From NCBI GenBank assembly GCA_965601925.1, contig OZ271854.1, positions 4,608,001-4,672,000 of the forward strand: a stretch of DNA of 64,000 bases. Reading direction: 5' to 3'. The position numbers were made by a program, and so were the translations under genes. This DNA comes from Alkalispirochaeta sp. (GTDB lineage: Bacteria; Spirochaetota; Spirochaetia; DSM-27196; Alkalispirochaetaceae). Below are positions 39,773-49,351 of the stretch, piece after piece. Within the stretch, counting starts at the first letter, position 1; the number at the start of each line of letters is the position of its first letter. The notes beneath the pieces were generated by a model. It did not search any database. It worked only from the letters and a program-made list of their open reading frames with translations, and was not told the origin of the DNA.

Positions 39773-41065
39773 ATGACTACCAGGATAGCGTATGGGAAGA
39801 CGGGACTGGAGATCGCGCTACCCGACGACGCGGCCACAACGGTGGTCGAGCCGCGTTACATCCCGGGAGCCGAGGACCAACTCGGCGTGGTCCGAGACGC
39901 ACTCCGTTCGCCGATCCGATCGCGTCCCCTCGCGGATCTCGTTCGCCCAACGGACCGCGTCGGAATCATCTTCAGCGATATCACGCGCCCCACGCCGTAC
40001 CGCGTCATTATTCCGGCGCTCCTCGCGGAGCTATCCCACGTCCCGGACGAGCGTATCGTCCTGTTCAACGCGACCGGCACCCACCGCCTCAACACCGAGG
40101 AAGAGCTGGTGACGATTCTGGGTCGTGACGTCGTCGACCGCCTTCGCATCGTGCAAAACGACTGTCGAGACGCGGCGGCGCACCGAACCGCCGGCACCAC
40201 CGAGAGCGGAAACGAGGTATCGATTCTGCGGGAGTTCCTTGACTGCGACGTGAAGATTCCAACCGGTTTCATTGAGCCCCACTTCTTCGCCGGTATGTCC
40301 GGAGGCGGTAAGGCGATCATGCCGGGATTGGCGTCCCTCGAAACGGTCATGCGCAACCACAGCGCCGCGCACATGGACCATCCTGAGGTACGGTGGGGCG
40401 TTACCGAGGGCAATCCGCTGTGGGAAGAGGTAACGGAGGCGGCGCTCTTCGCGGAGCCGTCCTTTCTCCTCAATGTAGCGCTCAATCGGGACAAGGAGAT
40501 CACTGCGGTTTTCGCCGGAGACTTTTTAGCCGCCCATAGAGCGGGATGCGACTATGTGCGTCGTCATGCGATGGCGCGCGTCGACGGGCTGTTCGATATC
40601 GTCATAACGAGCAACTCCGGACACCCCTTGGATCTCAACATGTACCAGGCCGTCAAGGGGATGAGCGCCGCCGGCCAGATCGTCCGCGACGGGGGTCACC
40701 TCATCGTTGCCGCCGACTGTTGGGACGGCATTCCCGAACACGGGAAATACGGCAAGCTGTTGACGAGCGCGACAACGCCGGAGGATTTATTGAGAACGGT
40801 CCGTCGACCCGGATTCGCCTGCCAGGACATGTGGCAAGCCCAGACTCACGCGTTGATCTGTCAAAGGGCGACGGTACACTTCCACAGCGCGCACCTCACG
40901 GACGAGCAGATTAGGGACGCCTTCATGGAGCCGACGTCGGATATCGGCGAGACGGTACGCCACCTCGTCGCCGGTGGGGTCGGAAAACGGGTGTGCGTGG
41001 TTCCTCAGGGTCCCATGACCATACCGTATGTAGCCGCAACGACGTCCGCCGCCCCGGAGAGATGA
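39773..41065 (+). CDS. larA: Nickel-pincer-dependent lactate racemase family protein
   Basis: SDITRP, ATGTHR, EPHFFAGMSGGGK, NH and YQAVKG motifs; all canonical LarA residues are present. Confidence 0.9.
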   Translation: MTTRIAYGKTGLEIALPDDAATTVVEPRYIPGAEDQLGVVRDALRSPIRSRPLADLVRPTDRVGIIFSDITRPTPYRVIIPALLAELSHVPDERIVLFNATGTHRLNTEEELVTILGRDVVDRLRIVQNDCRDAAAHRTAGTTESGNEVSILREFLDCDVKIPTGFIEPHFFAGMSGGGKAIMPGLASLETVMRNHSAAHMDHPEVRWGVTEGNPLWEEVTEAALFAEPSFLLNVALNRDKEITAVFAGDFLAAHRAGCDYVRRHAMARVDGLFDIVITSNSGHPLDLNMYQAVKGMSAAGQIVRDGGHLIVAADCWDGIPEHGKYGKLLTSATTPEDLLRTVRRPGFACQDMWQAQTHALICQRATVHFHSAHLTDEQIRDAFMEPTSDIGETVRHLVAGGVGKRVCVVPQGPMTIPYVAATTSAAPER

Positions 41066-41229
41066 GCGTCCGGTGAGACGGTCACCTCCACGAACAGGTG
41101 TCACAGCCTTCTCACGCCGGCGATACGGCGAGGAGCGTCGTTCGACGACTCGATGCCGAGAGATATGTGTCGATATCAGTTCGGACTTACCGAACTCGAA
41201 GTGAGAAAGGCCCTTTATACCACGGCCCT

Positions 41230-42291
41230 TCAGTCCTTGACGCGTCCCATACCCATCGCTTTGATCATCCACCGCGGCAGCGGCTTCTCTTGGCCGCGTT
41301 TGCGTAGATCCAGATACCAGTTGAGCTTTTTGGCAACCGGTAGCCGGTGGGTCTCGACGAACTCTATGAGGGCGCCGTCGGGGTCCTCGATATAGGCAAA
41401 GCGTCCGCCGGCCTCGCCCATGTCGAAACTCGAGCCGGAGTCGACGGTAAAGGGGTGCCCGGCCTCCTCGCACCGCGCCTTAAGTCGATCCATGCCGACG
41501 ACGTCGAAGCAGAGGTGAATGAAACCGAGGTCGCCCCAGTAGCGCCCTTCGAATACCTTCGTTCCCTGGTGGCCGCCCACTTCCACCAGCTCGATCCGCG
41601 TATCTCCCAATAACTGGCTGAACGCACCGCGCGGCGAGGCCGAGCGGCGCAGCAACACGCGCCGGAGCGATTTGTCGCCGCCGGGCAGTGGAGCAAGATC
41701 GTCGAATACGCCGGTTTCGTCGTAGAGTTTCGTATCGTATCCCAGGGCCGTTGCATAAAAATCGAGGGCGACCGCCATATCGGAGACGCCGATCAAGACC
41801 CCCTCGACTCCGCCGGTATAGGCCCGGGGTTTGGAAAACCACTGGCTGCTCTCGACGACGTGGTACAGATTGCCCCAGGGGTCGCGAAGGGCGAAGCGCG
41901 CAGCACCCGAGGGGTCTTCGACGACGCCGCCGAGCACCTCGACGCCCGCGGCCTGAAGGCGCTGGTACGCCTGATGAACGCCCTGCGCCTTGATGCGTCC
42001 CACAAGCAATCCGTAGTCGCCGATAGTGACGGGACGCGGTGGCGGCTGGGGCGTTCGACTCGTGTACTGCCAGATCTCGAACCCACCGCCGCCTGCGAGA
42101 TTCAGTGCAAGCATCGCGTCGCGGGAGTGTACGTCCCCACCCGTATAGGGCGTCATGAAGGGCGCCTCGGCCGCTTCTCGAAATACCGGCAAGTCGGTAC
42201 CGAAGGACCGCCTAAACCATGAAAACGCCTCGTCGGTATTCGGAATACCAACACCGAGCTGTTGAATCCCACTGAACAGAATATCGGTCAT
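41230..42291 (-). CDS. VOC (glyoxalase-like) family protein, tandem domains
   Basis: QQLGVG, DPWGN, HLCFDV and EDPDGALIEFVE motifs. RBS AAGGAG. Confidence 0.85.
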   Translation of the reverse strand: MTDILFSGIQQLGVGIPNTDEAFSWFRRSFGTDLPVFREAAEAPFMTPYTGGDVHSRDAMLALNLAGGGGFEIWQYTSRTPQPPPRPVTIGDYGLLVGRIKAQGVHQAYQRLQAAGVEVLGGVVEDPSGAARFALRDPWGNLYHVVESSQWFSKPRAYTGGVEGVLIGVSDMAVALDFYATALGYDTKLYDETGVFDDLAPLPGGDKSLRRVLLRRSASPRGAFSQLLGDTRIELVEVGGHQGTKVFEGRYWGDLGFIHLCFDVVGMDRLKARCEEAGHPFTVDSGSSFDMGEAGGRFAYIEDPDGALIEFVETHRLPVAKKLNWYLDLRKRGQEKPLPRWMIKAMGMGRVKD

Positions 42292-42340
42292 GGTAGAAAC
42301 ACTCCTTTTGTGCCGCCGCAGTATAGCCGATCGCGGGGAG

Positions 42341-42967
42341 CTACGGAAGCAAGGCGATCCATTGCATCGCCGTGAGCAATACCACGATGCCCCATCCGGT
42401 AGCGGTAGAACGCGCGGCCGTGGCCTTTCTCATACGCGTGTCGGCCGCCCTCTCGTCCATCGTCGCAAGATCGGCGTAGAGCGCTAACAACAACCCGTCC
42501 GCTCCGACAAAGGGGCGCCGCACCTCGAGCGTATCTCGACGCTCCATGATCTGCTCGAAGGCCCAGAATATCTTTCCTACCAGTGAACCGACTCGTCCCG
42601 GTAGTCGCAGATCGGCTCGAACTGCAACGAGGGAGAGAAAGACCATGCCGATGATGCTCAGCGCCTTAAACGATCCCGTTCTGAGAGCGCCGAGGGTCAG
42701 ACGAAAGGTACCGATTTCGGCGATTACTTCGCCGGAGGGCACGATAACGTGAAAGAGTGTTATGGTCGCGGCGATCGAGAGAAAGTACAACCACTGCAGG
42801 CGTTTGCCCGCTACACGCGCCAGAAAACCGAACAGTACCACTTGGGCCAGACGAATACGTATATCGTCCTGGAGCAGATACGCCGGCAATGCGATCAATC
42901 CCGCCCAAAAGAGCAGCGACGCCGACACGTGTTTGAGCATCCACGGGTGTTGGCGACGCAGACTCAC
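42341..42967 (-). CDS. Hypothetical membrane protein (possibly ECF T-component-like)
   Basis: Several TM segments. GTGA overlap with the Gx transporter stop. Confidence 0.65.
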   Translation of the reverse strand: MSLRRQHPWMLKHVSASLLFWAGLIALPAYLLQDDIRIRLAQVVLFGFLARVAGKRLQWLYFLSIAATITLFHVIVPSGEVIAEIGTFRLTLGALRTGSFKALSIIGMVFLSLVAVRADLRLPGRVGSLVGKIFWAFEQIMERRDTLEVRRPFVGADGLLLALYADLATMDERAADTRMRKATAARSTATGWGIVVLLTAMQWIALLP

Positions 42968-43524
42968 AGCACCCTCTCGTAGTCGATCCGCATCGCAACC
43001 AACCACCGCGAGACACGGGCAAAGCGCTCGGCCAACGCTCCGACGAGCGCTCCCGCGAGGGTTCCCAGAATCAGAAACGGCGGGGCGATGATCCACGACT
43101 CGGGACCGAAGATGAAAAGCACCGAAAGCGTCACTTGAATGACGTTACTGGCAACCGCTCCGGCGACGCTCACGCCGATTAAGCTGATGCGCCGCGCTCC
43201 CAAAACGGAGACCGCCAACATCACCGCGACGCTGGCAAACGATCCGAACAGGGAGAAAAGAAAGACGTAGCTTGCGAGCGTGCCGTTGATGAGCCCTTGT
43301 CCCACTACCTTCAGAAGGGTCAGCGCGAGGACGTGACGGGGTCGAAAGAAGCGCATGACCAGCAGAATGGGAAGATTCGCAAGGCCGATCCTGAAAAAGG
43401 GCACGGGCTTCGGAATTAGGTACTCCAACGTCGAGCAGAACATCGCCACCGCCGCGAGGGTGGCGAGAATATTGGCGAGAGAAGGCTCGCGCGTCGTCGC
43501 AGCGACGGGATCGACATCGCTCAT
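42964..43524 (-). CDS. Gx transporter family (heptaprenyl diphosphate synthase component I-like) membrane protein
   Basis: EYLIPKPVPFFRIGLAN and SLIGVSVAGAVASNVIQ motifs. Confidence 0.88.
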   Translation of the reverse strand: MSDVDPVAATTREPSLANILATLAAVAMFCSTLEYLIPKPVPFFRIGLANLPILLVMRFFRPRHVLALTLLKVVGQGLINGTLASYVFLFSLFGSFASVAVMLAVSVLGARRISLIGVSVAGAVASNVIQVTLSVLFIFGPESWIIAPPFLILGTLAGALVGALAERFARVSRWLVAMRIDYERVL

Positions 43525-43691
43525 GATCGCCGCAGCATACCACACAGAACCGGTCCTGAATATGAGCAACGATCGTGTCCACCGCGAGAGCGGGAAGCGC
43601 CCGTCGACGCTCGTCGCGAGCACGCGTTCAGACGCCATGTCCCCACCACCGCCCTTGCGTGCACCGACGCCGATTCGCTATTCTGAGAGCC

Positions 43692-43925
43692 ATGCCGCAC
43701 GTTAGTGTAAAGATGTATCCGGGTAGTACGGATGCCGAGAAACAAGAACTCACGGACCGCATTGTTCGCTCCGTTATCGAGGTAACGGGGGCCAAGGAGC
43801 GTTCGGTCTCGGTAACGATCGAGGATGTATCCCCGCAAGAGTGGCCCGAAACGGTCTACCGGCCGGACATTCTGGGAAAAGAGGCGTTTCTTACCAAGAG
43901 ACCGGGGTACGATCCATTTGCATAA
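43692..43925 (+). CDS. 4-oxalocrotonate tautomerase family protein
   Basis: N-terminal M-P-H, SVSVTIEDV and W..TVY motifs; 77 aa. Confidence 0.88.
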   Translation: MPHVSVKMYPGSTDAEKQELTDRIVRSVIEVTGAKERSVSVTIEDVSPQEWPETVYRPDILGKEAFLTKRPGYDPFA

Positions 43926-44030
43926 CGTGTGTCGGGTCCGCGACTCGATGCGATGCTCGTAGGGCCTCCCACAACCCGTGGAAACACATCGCACACGTAC
44001 CGTACCGTTTTTCGCGTGCGCCCCACCGGA

Positions 44031-44098
44031 TGACACGAGTCGCTCATGTCAAAAGGAAATAGCTTTTGATTGGCGGCGGGCCCGGCGAGTTCTATAAT
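44031..44098 (+). promoter_or_regulatory. Operator TGACA-N11-TGTCA plus AAATA-CTTT box, and promoter TTGGCG-N17-TATAAT
   Basis: The motif aligns without gaps to the - strand element at 55816-55883. Confidence 0.7.
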
Positions 44099-44154
44099 TG
44101 CGATGCAGTCCCTATGAGCGCTGCGCCCGGATTGTATCGGAGATTCGATATCAC

Positions 44155-46242
44155 GTGAGCGTACGAACGCGGGTCAACCAAATCATACACGCTCTTCTCG
44201 ACGCCACCGATTACGTCACCGCGTCGCATATAGCGCAGACGCTTAATGTCAGCACACGCACCGTCTTCCGCGAGATTCCGCACGTTGAGCGTCTACTCGC
44301 AAAACATCGACTGCATCTCGAGCGCCGGTCGGGGTACGGGCTCAAACTAACCGACGATGAGGAAGACCGCCGACGTCTCTTTGATGCGCTGCATGACCAG
44401 CGTATCGAAAAAAACTTCACTCCCCTCGACCGAGAGATCCTCACCGCGCTTCGCCTCATCGAGGCACGTTCCACCATTAAGCTCTTGGAGCTCGGTCAAT
44501 TTTTGAGGGTGACCGACTCGTGTGTCAGCCGGGACTTGGCGCGTTTGACGGATCGATTCACCCTCAACGGGTTGGAGCTGGTGAAGCGACCCGGGTACGG
44601 AGTCGAGCTGCGGGGGAGCGAGCGACGAAAACGAACCATGCTGATGCGTCTGTTTTTCGACAGCGTCGACCGCCGGTACTTCTCGGAGCGAGCATTCCAT
44701 CGTAGTGAGGACGTCTCGCTCACGACGGACTCGATATCGCGGAATGCCGGAGAACGGGAGCTCATTCGACAACTCTACGTACCCGGTCTTCACGCAGCTA
44801 TCGTCTCGACGCTACGCGGCGTCGAGCGGGTATTGGGATACCGCTTCACGTTCGCAGGGTTTATTACCCTCTATGTCTATCTATCCATCGCCTTGAGACG
44901 GATCGGCGACGGCCGGACGATGGAAGAAGAGATCGACATCGCGAACGCCGACGAACCGACGGTGCGCGCGGCAACGGACGCCTTTGTATCGCTCGGCGGC
45001 GTGTTGGCCGTACGGGAGGTACCGTCCGGTGAGATAGCGTTCCTTGCGCTCCTCTTCTACGCCGCGGATATCGATTCGTCGTCACGGTCCGAAACGACGC
45101 GTCCGCCGAGCGAGGAGCGTTACGACGGTCTCGTGAGACGATTGATACGAACCGTGGAAACCGAAAGCGGTTATTATCTACGCGACGACGACCGGATCGT
45201 ACCGCCGCTTTCGGCCTACGTGGAGCGGCTGATGCGCCGCATACGTCACGCCGTGCCGGTCTGGTACGCCCGGGAAGAGGTCCCGCGCTACACCGAGGTG
45301 GAGGCCCTACGAAGCGGCGTGGAGACGATCCTCGTTGAGGAGGCGCGCTCGCCGGTACCGGAGGCGGAAGTGCACGCCGTGCTTGCCTATTTCGCCGCCG
45401 CTCTGGTAGAGAAACACGAGCTGAACGTCGCAAGTATTCGTGCGATCGTCGTCTGTTCCGCCGGCATCGGAAGCTCCGTCTATCTCGCTCACAGGATACA
45501 GAGCGTCTTTCCTCAAGTCGACGTCGTGGAGAAGATATCGGCGTTCGGCGTCAATCCGGATCACATCGCGGAAGATGAGATCGACTTGGTAGTCTCGACC
45601 TATCCGATTCCCGATCTGCCCGTGGATTGCCTCGTCCTCGGCCCGAGCTTCGACCGAGGGGACGAGGAGGCGTTACGCGCGTGGATAGATACCGCTCAGT
45701 CGAGAGAGGGGCATCGAAGAACGAGCTCCGATGAACCCAAAACGGCCCACAGAGACCACGTGGACTCCATCATTCCGCCGATTCTCGCGGTGATGGAGAC
45801 CTTTTTTGTGCTCGACGCGGACGATATCGAACACGTCGGTGCGATAGGGGATACGATCGCGCAAGTAGTCGGAATCGTCGCCTCGGACCGTGGGAGGATC
45901 ACGTCGGCGTTGGAGGCGCGGGAAGCTCTCGGATCGATTATCGTACGCGAACGCTCGATTCGCCTGTTGCACTGTAAGACCGATTGCGTTACGGCGGTTC
46001 ACGCGGGCGTCTTGCGCTCCGTCGCGGTGAGTCGGGGATACGATACGTGTCTCGTGCTCATGCTGCCGGAGACTGCGACGAAACCGGAGCACGCGGTATT
46101 GGCCGAGCTAAGCAGCCAGCTGGTCCGGGATCATAACTTCGCGCAGGCACTGCGACACGGTACGCGGAGTGAGATCATCTCGGAGCTTATCCACATCTAT
46201 CACACATTTCTCTACAGCGAGCGATATCAAGGAACGAGGTAA
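44155..46242 (+). CDS. PRD-containing PTS-regulated transcriptional activator (MtlR/LicR/BglG family)
   Basis: HTH (VSTRTVFREI), Mga-like HTH, two PRD-like repeats, EIIB (VVCSAGIGSS) and EIIA (LLHCK). Confidence 0.88.
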   Translation: MSVRTRVNQIIHALLDATDYVTASHIAQTLNVSTRTVFREIPHVERLLAKHRLHLERRSGYGLKLTDDEEDRRRLFDALHDQRIEKNFTPLDREILTALRLIEARSTIKLLELGQFLRVTDSCVSRDLARLTDRFTLNGLELVKRPGYGVELRGSERRKRTMLMRLFFDSVDRRYFSERAFHRSEDVSLTTDSISRNAGERELIRQLYVPGLHAAIVSTLRGVERVLGYRFTFAGFITLYVYLSIALRRIGDGRTMEEEIDIANADEPTVRAATDAFVSLGGVLAVREVPSGEIAFLALLFYAADIDSSSRSETTRPPSEERYDGLVRRLIRTVETESGYYLRDDDRIVPPLSAYVERLMRRIRHAVPVWYAREEVPRYTEVEALRSGVETILVEEARSPVPEAEVHAVLAYFAAALVEKHELNVASIRAIVVCSAGIGSSVYLAHRIQSVFPQVDVVEKISAFGVNPDHIAEDEIDLVVSTYPIPDLPVDCLVLGPSFDRGDEEALRAWIDTAQSREGHRRTSSDEPKTAHRDHVDSIIPPILAVMETFFVLDADDIEHVGAIGDTIAQVVGIVASDRGRITSALEAREALGSIIVRERSIRLLHCKTDCVTAVHAGVLRSVAVSRGYDTCLVLMLPETATKPEHAVLAELSSQLVRDHNFAQALRHGTRSEIISELIHIYHTFLYSERYQGTR

Positions 46243-46246
46243 CGGT

Positions 46247-46705
46247 ATGGGTCTAAAAAAGTACTTACGAGAATACAAGACGGTGCGACTGAAAGTGACG
46301 GTTGCGGATTGGGAGGAAGCGATACGGGTCGGCACGGATCTATTGGTAGAGACGGGCGCGATCGAGCCGCGTTACTACGACGCCATCGTCGAGAGTTGCC
46401 GCAACCTGGGTCCCTACTTTCTCGTGGCTCCCGGTCTCGCAATGCCCCACGCACGGCCGACCGAGGGCGTCCGTGCCAACGGGTTTTCCCTCGTCACTCT
46501 GGCACAGCCGGTTTCATTCGGAGACTCGGAGAACGACCCCGTCGATATCCTGATTACTATGGCGGCAAAGGACGCAAAGACACAAAACGAACGCGCAATC
46601 GTGGAGATCGTGGAGCTCTTCGACGATGCGGATACGGTTCGTCGACTGCGCGCCGCCGAGACGATGGAAGATATCAAGGCGCTCTTGGCCGAAGAGCGAG
46701 AGTAG
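46247..46705 (+). CDS. PTS EIIA component (UlaC/fructose-mannitol type)
   Basis: GPYFLVAPGLAMPHARP and NDPVD motifs. Confidence 0.92.
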   Translation: MGLKKYLREYKTVRLKVTVADWEEAIRVGTDLLVETGAIEPRYYDAIVESCRNLGPYFLVAPGLAMPHARPTEGVRANGFSLVTLAQPVSFGDSENDPVDILITMAAKDAKTQNERAIVEIVELFDDADTVRRLRAAETMEDIKALLAEERE

Positions 46706-46733
46706 TGAGCACCATAGACCGAAGGAGTACGAT

Positions 46734-47006
46734 ATGGTTCGTCGAACCGTCACGGTTACCAATGAGGAGGGCCTTCACACCCGACCGGGCAATCAGTTCG
46801 TGAAGGAGGCCAAAAAGTACGCATGCGAGATCACCGTCCACAAAGGTGACAAAACGGCCAACGCCAAGAGCATGCTCAAGCTTTTGAAAGTGGGCATTTC
46901 CAAGGGAGACGTGATCGAAATCGCCGCCGAAGGCGACGACGAGGAGCGGGCGGTCACCGAGCTCATCGCGCTCATAAATCGGCTGGGCTCGAAACGGGAC
47001 GCGTAA
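46734..47006 (+). CDS. HPr family phosphocarrier protein
   Basis: GLHTRP (His15) and NAKS (Ser46). RBS AAGGAG. Confidence 0.93.
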   Translation: MVRRTVTVTNEEGLHTRPGNQFVKEAKKYACEITVHKGDKTANAKSMLKLLKVGISKGDVIEIAAEGDDEERAVTELIALINRLGSKRDA

Positions 47007-47155
47007 GACGACGTCGGCAGGCGGCAACGGAGTGATACGTGCGGCGTACATCCTTCGGTCCGACGACGTTGCATCGTCGGTAGTCGGCAGGCGCGTTAAT
47101 ACCGCGTTTACAAAAAGGGTTGCGATGCACCCGCCGAGTCCGACAAAGAACCGCC

Positions 47156-49351
47156 TCAGCGAACCATCAACGCCGCAACGCGGTCGCGACGAAGCACATA
47201 CTCGAAACGGACCACCTCGCCGTCGGTGGTGAAGGGAATCGTCTCGCCGGTGAGCACCTCGGTAATAGTCGTCGTTTCGGCCGTACGTCGGAGACTCACC
47301 CGAATCGGCTTCTTCCCGTTGACGAAAAACTCACTGCGGCGATCGCGCTGCACGAAGTGGGTGCATAACAACATCTCTCCATCGCCTCCCCTCACGCGAT
47401 GGACGTCCACCTCGCGTTCACAGCGGTTGGCGTACTCTACGGTGAGCGCCGCCGTAATGCGGCGCTCGGCAAGGAGGTCACGCATGAGATCGAACGCCAA
47501 ATCCCTCGCGCCCTCGACGTAGGCGGCATCGAAATGCGTCGCGACATAGAGCGCGGCACCCGTACCGACCAGGTTCCGCACCGCCGCAGGACCGTCGTCG
47601 AAAAAACGGGCGACGATCCGCGCACCACGGTCCTTGTCCCCCGACTGCCCGGACGCCACGGAGATATACTCCCTGTGCCAGTGGCCCGTATAGTTCCTGT
47701 CGCGATAGGTCACAGCCGGCGCAGCGCCCGATTCAACACCGGTGACGCGCACGCCGAAGGTTGCCGCCAACGCGCCGCACGGCAGTCCGTGGTTGTACCA
47801 CCCCCGCTCTCCCACAACTCCGCCCTGGGCGGTACCGACGAGCAATCCGCCGCTCTCGACGTACCGCGCCGCCGCGGCCGCGGTCGCACGATCGATGTGA
47901 AAGAGCGCCGGCATATGAATGACCGCGTAGTCGTCGGCATACCCCGACCGGAGGAGCTCCGGCGTAATGAAATCGACGGTGAACCCCATCTCGGTATAGA
48001 GACGATAGGCTCCCCGGATCGCCCGGAGTAGAAACTCCTCCTGGGAGACGCCGGACAAGATGATCTGATTCTCCTTGGAACACAACAAGGCCACCTCGCC
48101 CTTGCCGGTCGTAGCGTTACAGAGAAAACTGCCGTACTCCGAGAGGAATCGCCCCACTTCGGCGCACGAGTCGGTTCGTTCGGTGGGATTACCGTCCAGA
48201 TCGACGATACCGCCCCATCGCAGGGGCTGAAAGTCCCACTCCTTCCACCCCATGTAGTGAATCATCTTGGCGTCGTGACCGATCACTTCGAAGGCGTTCC
48301 TGAGGATGTCGGCGCCGCCGGTCGCACGATGAGGACCGAGCATCCAGCCGTTAATCGGACCGCTTTCGAGTTCGATAAGCCAGTACGGCTTGCCGAGGGG
48401 GCGGGAGACGCTCCGGGCGTGATCGAGAAAGAGGCTGGAGAACTCGCTCCGTCTTTCCAGTTTGTCGCCACTACCGGGATAGAGGTCGTAGCTGATGACG
48501 TCGACGACCTCGGCCATGGCAAACTGGTCAAGGCCCATCATCGATCCGAAGGGGTCTTGAGACTTCATGTAAAAGATGTTGGTCGTCGTCGGATGGTCGC
48601 GATCGAGATGCTTGATGATATCGTTTTGCCACGCTACGAAACGCACGAATCGGTCCATCCAAAAGAGTCGCCAGTCGAGCCAACGCGTAACCGAGCTCCA
48701 CCCCTCGGGTCTGATGCGCGGCGGTTCTACCTCATCGAAACTGCGGTAGACCGTGTTGGTGGCACTCCACGTCCACGCCTCGTTTAACTCCTCGATACTC
48801 CGATAGCGTCCCTCGATCCACCGCCGGAAGGCGCGAATCGAGTGGGCGTTGTAACAAAAGATCCGCATCGATCCCGACTCGGAGGACATGAAGGGAAAGC
48901 CGATTTCGTTGTGAATCTGATACGCATAAAGCGCTTTATGTCCCCGATAGCGCTCGACCACGGCCGTGATGTACCGTTCGGCCGCCCCGATATATGCCGG
49001 ATGGTCGATGCACGCCCACGAGTAAGCGGCGTTTAGGGGATAGGGGTGCCCGGTCGCATCCACGATATGTATGTCCGGATGGTCGGCATGCAACCAATAG
49101 GGGGGCGAGGCCGTTCCGCTGCCGAGAATGATACCCATCTCCGCCTCGGCGCACTCCTCGAAAAACTCGTCGAGAAACTCGAACCGATATACCCCGCTCT
49201 CCGGCTCGATCCGGTCCCACGTGTTGAAAAGCTCGGCGGTACGTACGACGTTCATGCCGCACGAACGCATGGCGGACAGATCGCGACGCCAATGTTCGCG
49301 GCGCTCCAACAGCGGATAATAGCCGGCACCGTAGGGGTACCCGTTAACCAT
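47156..49351 (-). CDS. Beta-galactosidase-like glycoside hydrolase (GH42)
   Basis: YYP, W..DL..M...GMNVVR, WDRIEPESG, HNE acid/base and IELESG nucleophile. Confidence 0.88.
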   Translation of the reverse strand: MVNGYPYGAGYYPLLERREHWRRDLSAMRSCGMNVVRTAELFNTWDRIEPESGVYRFEFLDEFFEECAEAEMGIILGSGTASPPYWLHADHPDIHIVDATGHPYPLNAAYSWACIDHPAYIGAAERYITAVVERYRGHKALYAYQIHNEIGFPFMSSESGSMRIFCYNAHSIRAFRRWIEGRYRSIEELNEAWTWSATNTVYRSFDEVEPPRIRPEGWSSVTRWLDWRLFWMDRFVRFVAWQNDIIKHLDRDHPTTTNIFYMKSQDPFGSMMGLDQFAMAEVVDVISYDLYPGSGDKLERRSEFSSLFLDHARSVSRPLGKPYWLIELESGPINGWMLGPHRATGGADILRNAFEVIGHDAKMIHYMGWKEWDFQPLRWGGIVDLDGNPTERTDSCAEVGRFLSEYGSFLCNATTGKGEVALLCSKENQIILSGVSQEEFLLRAIRGAYRLYTEMGFTVDFITPELLRSGYADDYAVIHMPALFHIDRATAAAAARYVESGGLLVGTAQGGVVGERGWYNHGLPCGALAATFGVRVTGVESGAAPAVTYRDRNYTGHWHREYISVASGQSGDKDRGARIVARFFDDGPAAVRNLVGTGAALYVATHFDAAYVEGARDLAFDLMRDLLAERRITAALTVEYANRCEREVDVHRVRGGDGEMLLCTHFVQRDRRSEFFVNGKKPIRVSLRRTAETTTITEVLTGETIPFTTDGEVVRFEYVLRRDRVAALMVR

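Noticed and set aside
47007..47155. Short direct repeat GTCGGCAGGCG x2 between convergent operons
   Set aside because: Only two 11-bp GC-rich copies with no array structure; not a CRISPR or REP array.
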